Shown: positions 1 to 10,258 of the stretch, one piece after another
How positions within the stretch are numbered: position 1 is the first letter of the stretch
How the letters are laid out: each line of letters begins with the position of its first letter
Origin: an uncultured Planctomycetaceae bacterium
GTDB lineage: Bacteria > Planctomycetota > Planctomycetia > Planctomycetales > Planctomycetaceae
Reading direction: 5' to 3'
Assembly: GCA_942492165.1 (NCBI GenBank)
Contig: CALOEF010000070.1
Span: 2,492-66,491, forward strand
Length of the DNA stretch: 64,000 bases
Notes under the pieces: model-generated
Databases searched by the model: none
Told to the model about the DNA's origin: nothing
What the model saw: the letters and a program-made list of their open reading frames with translations, nothing else
Translations under genes and position numbers: made by a program

Positions 1-1990
1 GTCATTCATTTTCAGCAAGCGAGGATATATTGCGTGCAGACTCAAATAGGTAACACCGAAAAAAGGATAGCTGGCAGCGATTAAGCCGCATAACACGAGT
101 GATACGAGAAAATGTAAATAGTCAGAGAAAGCTAATGAACCGATCGCAAAGTGCATACTGACGGGATAGGCAATTCCGGCAATCACCCACTCGGTGGTAC
201 AAATCAACGCCGCGTAATGCCCGAGGCGTAAACACCGCTTTAATAGAGCCGTTGTTTTTTGAGAGTCGAAATTGATCTCTGCTGCGATTTTATTTTGAAA
301 ACGCAAAGTGGTCCACGTCAGCCAGCCGATCAGACCCAGCCCCAGTGGATAAGCGATGAGATTGATGATCGATTGGATTTGCCAGAATGCTTCTTGCGAG
401 TTCTTGAGGTGGTCCACGATATGTTTCTGATTATGGAAGTAGTTGAACATTCCGGCCAGGAGATTGGGAATCAGGACAATCAGTATGACAGCTGCAATTT
501 CCCAGCCTTTTCAAACGTGTGAACCAGCTGTTCGAAGGGGGAAATAAAATCTGCTGTGCCCTGGGGTTGAGGCATAGTTCAAACTGGTTGGCCAGTTCCT
601 CGCCCGAGGCCCAGCGTTCTTCGGGGGCGGGGGCCAGGCACTTCTGGAGTACTGTTACCAGATGTTCCGGGCAATCGGGAGGCAGGTGCTGTGGGGTCTC
701 TCTCAGTGACGTTCCTGATTTTCGTTGAAGAATCATCTGTTTTAATAACGTGGACCAGCCTGCCGTCACCGGAAGGTCCGGAAAGGGGCGAACGCCTGTT
801 AAGAGTTCCCACAGCATCAAACCCAGGGAATAAATATCACTTTTTTCATCGAGGCTTTCTGGCAATCGCGGATGTGTGGGATCATAGGCTTCAAGTTGTT
901 CCGGAGACATGAACGCCAGGCTTCCCCCAAAATAGGCGGCCGGTGTGGTGCCAGTGACTTGCGAGCTGAAACTGATATTAAAATCGGCCAGTTTGGGGAC
1001 ACCTTCTGCTGTCAGGAGTACATTAGCTGGTTTGATATCGCGGTGTAAAACTCCCTTTTTATGGGCATAATCTAATGCACGTGCCAGACGAATTCCCAGC
1101 CAGCAAATCGTTTCCGGCCATGAGAGTGTGTTTAACCTCTGGTAAGTCATGGATTCAGAAAGCGGCGACTCTCCTCGTGATTCCAGTGACTGGTTGACCG
1201 CAGAGACCAGAACTTTCCCAGATCGTTCAGCCGGTGCTGTTTTGCGTACCATTTCGACGACTGACTGTAGTGTTCCTCCGGGAAGGTACTGCATATATAA
1301 CAGACGGATTTTTTTGTCGGCGATGATGCGCTGGTCAAAAACACGTACGATGTTGTCGTGATCGAGTTGAGCGAGTGTTTGTGGTTCACTGCTGGCATCT
1401 TCGGATATTTTTAAAGCGACCAGACGCTGCATCGAATTCTGGCGTGCCTGATAAACTCTCGCAAACGCACCTTTGCCTAAGCAGGGTCAGCAGTTCAAAG
1501 TCATCAACGGTACTTCCGGGTTGAAACTGATGAAATGCCTGTGGAGCGGGGACTGATTGATCATTTTGGTTGTGCTGTAGGCATGATCCAAATCAAACAG
1601 CTGTTCCAGCTGAGGACTGACTGTCGGAAATAAACGGATGTATTCGGCGGGATCAACGTCAAATCCGTTTTGATTCAGAAGGTGAAATTCTTCATAGAGT
1701 AGATCAACGGGAGACTCGCTTCTTCCAGTAGCACTGGGAACTCTTCAGAAATATTCCTGCAGTCGTTTGGGAAAATTAAACTCGTTGCCAGCGAAATTCC
1801 AGATCAATTTTGATGAGCTCAATTAACAGAAAAACCGGTATGGAGGTGTTTGCCCTGAAGATAGTGCATTTAAGTCGGGCGGAGACTTGGCGGATTCCCA
1901 GTCGCTGACAAACTGTTCCATGACTTCTGTCAAGAGCATCAAGCTGTGCTTTGACTGTCTGAGGTTCTGGTTGCTCAGAAAATCAGACAA
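1..1990 (-). CDS. Membrane-associated Ser/Thr protein kinase; several frameshifts, runs off the left edge, start approximate
   Basis: ORF 431-1432 has VALK, HRDIKPAN, DFN and APE-like SPEQ motifs. The Gly-loop (LGKGAFARVY) and N-terminal pieces (LIELIKIDLEFRW, VDLLYEEFH) lie upstream in shifted frames. Hydrophobic TM segments continue in another frame below about 520. Confidence 0.85.
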
Positions 1991-2194
1991 CAGTGAACTC
2001 CCGAATGTTTTGGATGAAGATCCAAACTTAATGATTATCGAGAAAGTTTCAGTGGATGACTACGACTGGCATGTGGTATAAATGTCAAGTCATTTCGCTA
2101 ATACAGGCATAGTAACCAATTATGGTACGGCGTGGAAAGCAGAAACGTGGCACTGATGCGAATGGCTTGACTTAGCAGGAAGTAATGAAGATTT

Positions 2195-2837
2195 ATGGCG
2201 ACGGATATCGAAGATTTGATTGAACAGATCAAGCAGGGGCGTGAACCGGCTTTGCTGGAATTTATCGAAGTACACCGGGCCCCGCTATTGGCATTCATTA
2301 ATAAAAATATGAGTGACGGTTTAAAAAGCAAGGTCGAGGCAGACGATATCTTGCAGGAAGTATCAGTCAGTGCCGTCGATTCCCTGTCCCATATGGATTT
2401 TGAACAGAAAACACCTTTTAACTGGCTCTGTTATCTGGCAGATCGGAAAATCATTGATAATCATCGTAAATATTTCCAGGTTCAGAAACGGGCTGCCGGA
2501 CGCGAAGTGAAGCAGCCGGTCTCGGCGAAGATGGTGAGGGCAGGGTTTTATGGATCTGCTGGTTGCCAGTATCACCAGTCCCAGTCAGGCGTTTTCTCGT
2601 GGGGCGAAAGAGATGAAACTGCTTGTGGCATTGGAGTCGTTACCAGAAGAGAATCAAGAAGCAATTCGTCTGAAATATGTGGAGGGGCTTCCCACAAAAG
2701 AAATCGCAGACAAAGTGGGCAAATCCGATGTGGCGGTTCGAGTCATGATCAGTCGATCAATGGTCAAACTGCAGGACCTGCTGAGAAGCATGAAGACGAG
2801 TTCAAAAGCCTGCTTGGCGATAAAGTTGATTCAATGA
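2195..2837 (+). CDS. ECF RNA polymerase sigma factor (frameshifted near 2520-2545)
   Basis: Region 2 (EADDILQE, FNWLCYLADRKIIDNHR) is in ORF 2195. Region 4 HTH (LPEENQEAIRLKYVEGLPTKEIA...AVRVMISR) is in ORF 2550-2837. Restoring two single-base deletions in CC/GGGG runs joins them. Confidence 0.9.
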
Positions 2838-2859
2838 TCAGGTTCTTTCTCCTCGGTCG

Positions 2860-3905
2860 TCAGACCTGCGGTGCAAGTTCATTGTTAATACGATCGATCA
2901 TTTGCCGGAGTCGTCCCAGGTGTTTTCGATCGAACGCCAAAGAGATGCGAGGCAGATCTGCCAGGTGAGAATCGTCGTCCTCAAGTTCGTGTGTATCAAC
3001 TTTTGAGATGATCCCTGATTCAAGAATGTCGTTGAATTCGTCATTCAGTCGTCCAATAAATTCATTACCCGGTTCCACATGCAGTCGGATGACCAGACGC
3101 CCCTTCACATACCGCATACTGTTATAGACGCTGTAAAAACCAATGACTTCATCGACGGCATCTTCTATGTTATCGGTAATGTGAAACAGGGACAAATCTT
3201 CCTCAGAGATGAGCTCTTGTTTTAAAAGATTGTTTATTATAAAGGTTTCCCAGTCCTTCCAGTAGGTATCTCCGGGGTGTCCAGGAGCACGATTGGCATC
3301 GGGTCACGTTTTCCTGTCTGGACTAAAGTCAATATTTCGAAGGCTTCATCCAAGGTTCCGAAACCCCCGGAACAACAGACAATGGCGTGAACTTCTTTGA
3401 CGAAGAGTAGTTTTCGTGTGAAGAAATAATTGAGGTTAACCAGCTTTTCATCTTTGTGAATGACATAGTTGGGTTCCTGTTCGAATGGGAGCATGATATT
3501 GACTCCCATTGACATATCAGTGCCGGCACCCACGTGCGCCGCTTCCATAATGCCAGGACCTGCGCCAGTCACTGTCATCCATTTTTCTTCAGCCATGCGG
3601 CGGCCAAACTGGAGTGCCTGCTGGTACGCCGGGTCATCAGGCAGTGTCCTGGCCGATCCGAAAACGGTTACTTTGCGTTGTTTGCGATAGGGAGTAAATA
3701 CTTTAAATGCGTATCTGAGTTCTTTCAGGACACGGTCAAGAATTTTGAGGTCACCACGTGTTGCCTGATCCTGTTTCAGTTTGTCAGCACTTTCTTTAAT
3801 ACTGCCAATGATCGAATCGTGAGCATAAAGCTCAGAACTGTGCTCTGTAGGCAATACATCTGATTCGGAGACGCGTGGGCGGGTTTTTCGATATTTCCTC
3901 GACAT
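2860..3905 (-). CDS. LOG family (TIGR00730-like) nucleotide-binding protein, frameshifted near 3270-3290
   Basis: [19 protein letters not shown] and PGGFGTLDE-like (SGGFGTLDE) motifs. The C-terminal half continues in ORF 2860-3195 after a 1-bp deletion. Confidence 0.88.
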
Positions 3906-3962
3906 GATTCATTAATCCTTTAACATAACTGGTCGAGATCTCCGTCAGAGAAGTGCTCATGC

Positions 3963-4328
3963 TCAGCCCATCAATGCATCCAGAGCTTCATCTCTGGAAT
4001 CGTAGATCGCCCAAAGTGTATCCAGTGCTGTGATCCTCAACAGTTCGTTTGCCATTTTACTGGCACCACATAAGACTAATTCTCCACCTCTGCTGCGAAC
4101 GTGTTTATGACAACGTAATAATAAGGCCAGAAAGACAGAACCGAAGTAGCTGACATCACTCAGGTCAAATACAACCATCGGGATTTCTACTTCCTGCAGT
4201 GGTGCCATCACAATATCAGCTGCCTGTTCGATCAGATCCCAGCTCATGGACTCGACATTACTGGCTGGGATAATTACGACAGTATTTCCATGCCATTCCA
4301 ATTGAAAGTCGTCGTGGTAATTAGACAT
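3963..4328 (-). CDS. STAS-domain anti-sigma factor antagonist
   Basis: [20 protein letters not shown] motif; likely start is MSNY at 4328. Confidence 0.85.
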   Translation of the reverse strand: MSNYHDDFQLEWHGNTVVIIPASNVESMSWDLIEQAADIVMAPLQEVEIPMVVFDLSDVSYFGSVFLALLLRCHKHVRSRGGELVLCGASKMANELLRITALDTLWAIYDSRDEALDALMG

Positions 4329-4450
4329 TTGGTCGTTCCGCAATGATTTTAAAGCGTTCTTTGCATACAGAAATCGTTTCGTGACCACATGATACAGTTA
4401 ACCCGGAATGGAGAACAACCATCAAGTGCATCAAAAACAAGATTTCATAA

Positions 4451-7444
4451 TTAACGACCTGTAAACAGTCGTGTTGATGATCCTGAGTGTTGTTTTTGCC
4501 ACCAGTCCATCCAGATTTTGGCCTGTTCTGAATGGCTTTGTAACGGGTTTAAATCGGATGTCTGTTCTGCAGTGGGGACCAGTTTTTGCAGACTACTCAA
4601 TAATTCTTTCAGTGTCGCATGATTTCGCTCGGTCCATGCTGACTGGATCATTGGTTCAACAAAGCGTGTCTGGCCGGAGTTTCCCATTTCCCTGATTGCA
4701 TCAAGGCGTGTCGAATTGAGAGGATCATTCGAAAGTCGCACCATTTCCTGCATGCCTTCAATATCACCTAATCGGCTCAGTGCAACGACTGTGTGAAAAC
4801 GAATCCGTGCGTTTGAATGCGTGAGCAGGGCACGCAGAGAGGGCGCTGCAGTCTGGTCTTGTGAAGAGTTTTGAATGCCGGTAATCGCAATGGGGTTGTG
4901 ACAAAGTCCTAAAGCATTGATGGCGGCGAGCTGAACTGATTTGTTTTTGTCATTCAACAGTGGCATTAACCAATGCGCATATTGTGGTAAACTGTGAGCT
5001 CCAAAATAATCACAACCCAGAATTCGAATGTCAGGCCAGTTGTGATTGATTGCCAGTAATGCAAGTTGCGCTGTATCTTCATAACTGTCTTGCGCGATGG
5101 ATGACATTACAATCCGCCAGACTAAACGGTCATGTTCATGAGTCATTAATGTTCGCAGACGTTTAACTATTACCGGGCTTAATGACTTTTTCTGAGAGTC
5201 AAGATAAAGTTCCTGTGCCGCTTTACGACGATCAGAGACTTGAGAACTGGTAAGTTGATTGAGTGCAGCATAGTTGGGATTTAGTTCAGGAAGGAGGTCA
5301 GAATAGATCTCGCTGGGGATTTCGACAGATGTATCCAGAATCAATTTCTCAAGTACCGTAATTTCGTTCGTAGTAATATTCGAAAGTTCCTGATAGGCGT
5401 GATGATATTGCGTTGATTCACGGGGCTGATTTACCACATCCTGAAAATGAGCTTGAATGACTGCGATTCGAGTGTTGTTAATTTGATGGGGCGATTGCAA
5501 ACCATGTTTCATTAACTGATCAGATAATCCGGATGGCAGCTGTTTCTCCTGAATCAGTTTTCGGACAGCGGCTATCCGTTCTGCTCGTGAGGCTTCTATG
5601 GAAATAGAACCTCCCGAACCCGTTCGGTCAATTAACTGGATGATGCTTTTGCGTCTTGTCTTATAGGCACCCTCTTGAATTCCTTCCAGGAGAAGGGGAA
5701 TCGCGAGCTCATCTGGCCAATGTGAAATCGAATCCACGACGGACAGCTGGACTTCTGTGTTACGGTCATGCACCAGGGATTGCAGTAGTAGTGCGGCTTC
5801 GGGAGAGGGCGTGTTACTTAATCCTTCCGCAACCGTGAGTCGCACCATTGAAGAAGTGTCATTTTTGAGGGGAGCGAGATACTGCACTCCCCAGGGGGTG
5901 AGTCCTTTTGTTGCAGAGACTCGTGAGCTTACCTGAAGGCGTTTCGTCTGTGAAATCAGTAGTTCCAGTGCTGTCTCAGTTCCCAGTAAACCCAGTGATT
6001 CAATTGCTTTGTTTTGAACCAGTAAGTCAGCGTCCCTCAGCTGCGATGTCAGAATCGATTCTGCATCAGGATGCCGAATCAGTACAGACCAGAAACCAAA
6101 TTTCCAGCGCATTTCCGAATCAATATCCCAGCGCACCTGCATTATATTTGCAGGCCATGCAGCAGCTTTAAATTCATTGTTACGATCTTGTGAGTGCGCA
6201 GGAGACGGCGTCAATTTCTGGCCTGCAGGATAAACGGCAAGACCGTGTATGATGCAGGCGTCTATAGCAGCGCGACGTAACGTTTTAGGGGGGCGAGTGC
6301 TGTTATCACTACTATCAAGAGTTTGTTCTAATGACGGAATTTCAGCGGGGGGCATAAAACGGGCCAAACCGCAATATAATTCACTCCGAAGTTCAAGTGA
6401 TATGTCGGGGCGTTGCAGCAATTGCGTCAGTCTGTTTTTTGTGTTTAACGGAATCGCATCCGCCTGTGATAGAACAAGGCAGATCGCATTGACAGCCGCA
6501 TGCTTCAAGGCAGGAGACAGGGGAACCATCACCGGTTTGAGTTGTTCTTTTTCCGTTTTCTTTTTGAGGAATACAGTCTGGGAATTTGAATTCTGTGTTT
6601 TTTGTTTTATTGAAGAATCGTATTCAAGATTTTCAAAAGCGATTTTTTCCAGTTGAGGCAAGGTCTCAACCGCGGTCCCCGGATCGAGTGTTGCCCAGAG
6701 AATCGTTGAATTCCAGCCTGCTAAGGAATCTTGTTCAGCAAGTCGTTTGAGAGCGGCGATTTTTCCTTCAGACTGTGCGGAAGTGGTTTTCGCTTCTGAA
6801 TCCTGGAATCCAGTTCGAACTAAAAAATTCTGCAATGTATTGAATGACCAGTCTTCCTCCGGCGATAATTTTTTCTTGCTGACCAGTTCTGGTTCCGGTT
6901 TCGCGTTCTGGTCCTTTTGGTCAGATTTGGGGTGATCAGAAACGGGGACTTTAGAATTGGCTATTGGTGATTCTGCTGTTTCCGATTTCACAGGTTCTGG
7001 CAATAACTGTTTTTGTTCCAGCGCACCAAATACCCAGCGCTGCACATTGATCGATGGAGTGCTGTTGCTGGTCGAAGCGTTTCGTGACGCTTCCCATTCC
7101 CGCTCTGCAGACCAATGATGATTTCGGACCCACAAATCCTGGGATAAATAGATGTGCAGACCATCCAGTTCCTGTGGTATGTTTTTGAGTTTTGCCTGCT
7201 TCCTTATCGTTGGTAAATTCGTTTTTGGCGCATTCTGGAGCAGGTTTTTTTGACAGCCTGAACTGACAGCGCAGCAAAATAACAAACCTGCGATAAACGC
7301 GCCCCAAAAGAGACGTTTACAGGCCGACCATTGAAAAAGAACAGCATTTCCGCAAGAGGAAGCAGGGTTCATTCGAGAATCGATGGGATTAAATGACAGA
7401 AAAGAAAGGTAAGAAAGAGAGAAGTGAGGTCCGGAGTTTACCAA
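4451..7444 (-). CDS. Large HEAT-repeat (lipo)protein
   Basis: 997 aa ORF with repeated HEAT-like units (VQNKAIESLG, VRLTVAEGL, VQLAAINALG) and a lipobox-like VSSGC near the N-terminus. True start is probably downstream of 7444. Confidence 0.75.
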   Translation of the reverse strand: MVNSGPHFSLSYLSFLSFNPIDSRMNPASSCGNAVLFQWSACKRLFWGAFIAGLLFCCAVSSGCQKNLLQNAPKTNLPTIRKQAKLKNIPQELDGLHIYLSQDLWVRNHHWSAEREWEASRNASTSNSTPSINVQRWVFGALEQKQLLPEPVKSETAESPIANSKVPVSDHPKSDQKDQNAKPEPELVSKKKLSPEEDWSFNTLQNFLVRTGFQDSEAKTTSAQSEGKIAALKRLAEQDSLAGWNSTILWATLDPGTAVETLPQLEKIAFENLEYDSSIKQKTQNSNSQTVFLKKKTEKEQLKPVMVPLSPALKHAAVNAICLVLSQADAIPLNTKNRLTQLLQRPDISLELRSELYCGLARFMPPAEIPSLEQTLDSSDNSTRPPKTLRRAAIDACIIHGLAVYPAGQKLTPSPAHSQDRNNEFKAAAWPANIMQVRWDIDSEMRWKFGFWSVLIRHPDAESILTSQLRDADLLVQNKAIESLGLLGTETALELLISQTKRLQVSSRVSATKGLTPWGVQYLAPLKNDTSSMVRLTVAEGLSNTPSPEAALLLQSLVHDRNTEVQLSVVDSISHWPDELAIPLLLEGIQEGAYKTRRKSIIQLIDRTGSGGSISIEASRAERIAAVRKLIQEKQLPSGLSDQLMKHGLQSPHQINNTRIAVIQAHFQDVVNQPRESTQYHHAYQELSNITTNEITVLEKLILDTSVEIPSEIYSDLLPELNPNYAALNQLTSSQVSDRRKAAQELYLDSQKKSLSPVIVKRLRTLMTHEHDRLVWRIVMSSIAQDSYEDTAQLALLAINHNWPDIRILGCDYFGAHSLPQYAHWLMPLLNDKNKSVQLAAINALGLCHNPIAITGIQNSSQDQTAAPSLRALLTHSNARIRFHTVVALSRLGDIEGMQEMVRLSNDPLNSTRLDAIREMGNSGQTRFVEPMIQSAWTERNHATLKELLSSLQKLVPTAEQTSDLNPLQSHSEQAKIWMDWWQKQHSGSSTRLFTGR

Positions 7445-7719
7445 AACAGTCGATTTGATTGAATAGCATTCTAAGCAATGACTTGTGAGATCAATGGCCC
7501 CTGTTCTTCCTGTATTTTCTATGTTGACATTAGTCGGGTCAATCTAATCACGATTTTGATTGAAAATCTAGGTATTACAAATTAAGTATACACGTGTGTA
7601 ACGGGTGGGTTGGATTCCGGAAGGCAGACTTGAAGTCTTAATTTTAGTCTGTCATGCTCAGTTTTCTGATGACCCCGCTTTACAAAAGAGACATTTGAAA
7701 TTGATGGAGAACGCAACTG

Positions 7720-8523
7720 ATGATACAGAAAATAAGCTCTGGCTTGCTCTTAATGTTGTTTGTTTGTGCGATAGAGGTGCAAGCTGAAGAAAAATTACAA
7801 TCTGGAAGACAGGCAGCGGCGTCATTAAATACGACAGTTCCTGTCAAAATGAATTATCTGCTCTACCTGCCCGAAAACTATGAGCAAAAGGAAAAGTGGC
7901 CATTACTGCTGTTTTTGCATGGTTCTGGTGAACGAGGAGATAATCTCGATCTTGTCACCATTCATGGACCACCGATGCTTGTCAAAAAAGGAAAGCAGTT
8001 TCCTTTTATCGTGATTTCTCCCCAATGCCCCAAAGGGCAACTCTGGCAGCCGATCGAACTGACCGCGTTGTTGGATGATGTGGAAAAGAAGTATCGTGTT
8101 GATAAAGACCGGGTTTACGTTACTGGATTAAGTATGGGCGGTTTTGGAACCTGGTCTCTGGCAGCTCATACGCCTTATCGGTTTGCCGCTCTGGCTCCGA
8201 TTTGTGGAGGTGGTGAGAAATTCTGGGTTAAAAAAATCAAGCATGTGCCCATCTGGGTTTTTCATGGGGCGAAGGATACCGGTGTACCACTTGAAAGATC
8301 GAGTTCCCTGGTCGAGGTGCTAAAAAAAGCGAATGCTGATGTCACTTTTACGGTCTATCCCGATGCAGGCCATAATTCCTGGACCGAATCATATGATAAT
8401 CCGAAATTGTATGAGTGGTTTTTGAAGCAAAAACGGAAACCGGAAGCCGAGGTTAAAGCAGCAGAAAAAAAAGCAGAAGCAGCCCGAAAAGCAAAACGTG
8501 ATGCGGCCAAACAGAAGAAATAA
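7720..8523 (+). CDS. Secreted alpha/beta hydrolase (prolyl-oligopeptidase/phospholipase-like esterase)
   Basis: Signal peptide, LFLHGSGERG, nucleophile GLSMGG, VFHGAKD and catalytic His in AGHNSW. Confidence 0.88.
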   Translation: MIQKISSGLLLMLFVCAIEVQAEEKLQSGRQAAASLNTTVPVKMNYLLYLPENYEQKEKWPLLLFLHGSGERGDNLDLVTIHGPPMLVKKGKQFPFIVISPQCPKGQLWQPIELTALLDDVEKKYRVDKDRVYVTGLSMGGFGTWSLAAHTPYRFAALAPICGGGEKFWVKKIKHVPIWVFHGAKDTGVPLERSSSLVEVLKKANADVTFTVYPDAGHNSWTESYDNPKLYEWFLKQKRKPEAEVKAAEKKAEAARKAKRDAAKQKK

Positions 8524-8536
8524 ATGGCTGGAAGAA

Positions 8537-9463
8537 TTATTGTACCAGACCTTTTGTCAATTCCATAAATGCTGTTTCGAGATTGGTTTCTTCTTCGTGG
8601 AATAAACAGAGCTTAAATCCTTCATTGATTAAGATGCTGGGAATGAAGGTGTAGTCCATCACGTCTTTTTGTAATGTTACGAGCATGACATTTTTTTCGA
8701 TGTCGATATTTGAAACCAGGTCATGAGATTCAAGCAAAGCCGCAGCTTTATCTGTGTTATCGTTGACAGCAACGTGTAACAGAATCCGCTGCCTTGCTTT
8801 TTTCAAGACTTCCTGCACATTACCGTCGATGATCAGATTCCCTTTTTCGATCATGCCAACCCGCGTACAGACATCGGCCAGTTCAGGCAGGATATGACTT
8901 GAGACGATGACTGTTTTCTTTAATTCTCCCAACCGCTTTAGCAGGTTTCTAATTTCAATTCGGGCACGCGGGTCGAGACCACTTGCCGGTTCATCCAACA
9001 GGAGGACCTGCGGTTCATGTAGCAGAACACGTGCGAGACCAATTCGTTGGGTTTGACCGCGCGAGAGCTGATTAACCATGGCGTCCCGTTTAAACGTCAT
9101 GTCAACGAGTTCCAGTTTTTCTTCACAGATTTTGCGTCTTTGAGGACCTGTAATCCGATATGCGGCTGCAAAAAATTCGAGATACTCGATCACCGTCATG
9201 TCATCATAAACACCGAAAAAGTCAGGCATAAAACCGACCAGACGTCTGATTTCTTCCGGATTGGTGTAGATGGATTTTCCGCAAACGTATGCTTCGCCAT
9301 AGTCCGGGCTGAGCAGAGTGGCGATCATCCTCATCGTAGTGGTTTTACCAGAACCGTTGGGCCCGATAAATCCAAAAACATCACCTTCACCCAGGTTGAG
9401 ATTGATGTTGTTAACGGCAATCAAGTCGCCATAACGTTTTGTCAAATTGCGTGTTTCAATCAC
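8537..9463 (-). CDS. ABC transporter ATP-binding protein (full length)
   Basis: Walker A GPNGSGKT, signature LSRGQ, Walker B LLLDEP, H-loop SSH. Confidence 0.95.
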   Translation of the reverse strand: MIETRNLTKRYGDLIAVNNINLNLGEGDVFGFIGPNGSGKTTTMRMIATLLSPDYGEAYVCGKSIYTNPEEIRRLVGFMPDFFGVYDDMTVIEYLEFFAAAYRITGPQRRKICEEKLELVDMTFKRDAMVNQLSRGQTQRIGLARVLLHEPQVLLLDEPASGLDPRARIEIRNLLKRLGELKKTVIVSSHILPELADVCTRVGMIEKGNLIIDGNVQEVLKKARQRILLHVAVNDNTDKAAALLESHDLVSNIDIEKNVMLVTLQKDVMDYTFIPSILINEGFKLCLFHEEETNLETAFMELTKGLVQ

Positions 9464-9583
9464 TCTTTTATACTCCCGGAAGGTGAGTCCTTCTGATCTT
9501 TTGGTTTATCGTCGTCTTTTTTCGAAGTTAACTTATTTTAAATATAGTTCGATGTTGTTTGGCCGGATTGATCGAGTTTTTGA

Positions 9584-10258
9584 TCATCCAGTGTCCTTCA
9601 TTAATTCGTCGATACTATCGTCAATAATCAGCTTTCCCTTTTCAATCATGCCGATGCGCGTACAGACGTCAGCTAACTCAGGCAAAAGGTGACCTGAGAC
9701 AATCACTGTGTTCTTCATTTCACCTAAACGTTTCAGTAAATTTCGAATTTCGATTTGGTCGCGGAGGTCAAGTTCACTTGCCGGCTCGTCCAGTAGAAGG
9801 ACCTGGGGTTCATGGAGCAGAACACGCGCTAGTCCGAGACGTTGGGTCTGACCGCGCGAAAGCTGGTTGACCATCGCATCTTGCTTAAAGGTCATATTAA
9901 TCAGTTCCAGTTTTTCTTCACAACTTCTACGTCTTTGCGGACCTTTGATTCGATAAGCGGAAGAAAAAAATTCGAGATACTCAATCACCGTCATGTTATC
10001 ATAAACACCGAAAAATTCGGGCATGAATCCGATCAGTCGTCTGATCTCTTCCGGATGCGTATAGATCGATTTTCCACAAACATAGGCTTCTCCAGAATCC
10101 GGGCTGAGCAGTGTGGCGATCATTTTCATCGTCGTAGTTTTACCGGAGCCGTTGGGACCAATAAATCCAAAGACATCGCCTGCACTCAGGTTGAGATTGA
10201 TGTTATTAACGGCAATCAAGTCACCATAACGTTTTGTTAAATTGCGTGTTTCGATCAC
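9584..10258 (-). CDS. ABC ATPase, C-terminally truncated diverged duplicate of 8537-9463
   Basis: About 87% aa identical to the neighbour over about 213 aa (manual count); ends at the duplication junction. Confidence 0.85.
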   Translation of the reverse strand: MIETRNLTKRYGDLIAVNNINLNLSAGDVFGFIGPNGSGKTTTMKMIATLLSPDSGEAYVCGKSIYTHPEEIRRLIGFMPEFFGVYDNMTVIEYLEFFSSAYRIKGPQRRRSCEEKLELINMTFKQDAMVNQLSRGQTQRLGLARVLLHEPQVLLLDEPASELDLRDQIEIRNLLKRLGEMKNTVIVSGHLLPELADVCTRIGMIEKGKLIIDDSIDELMKDTG

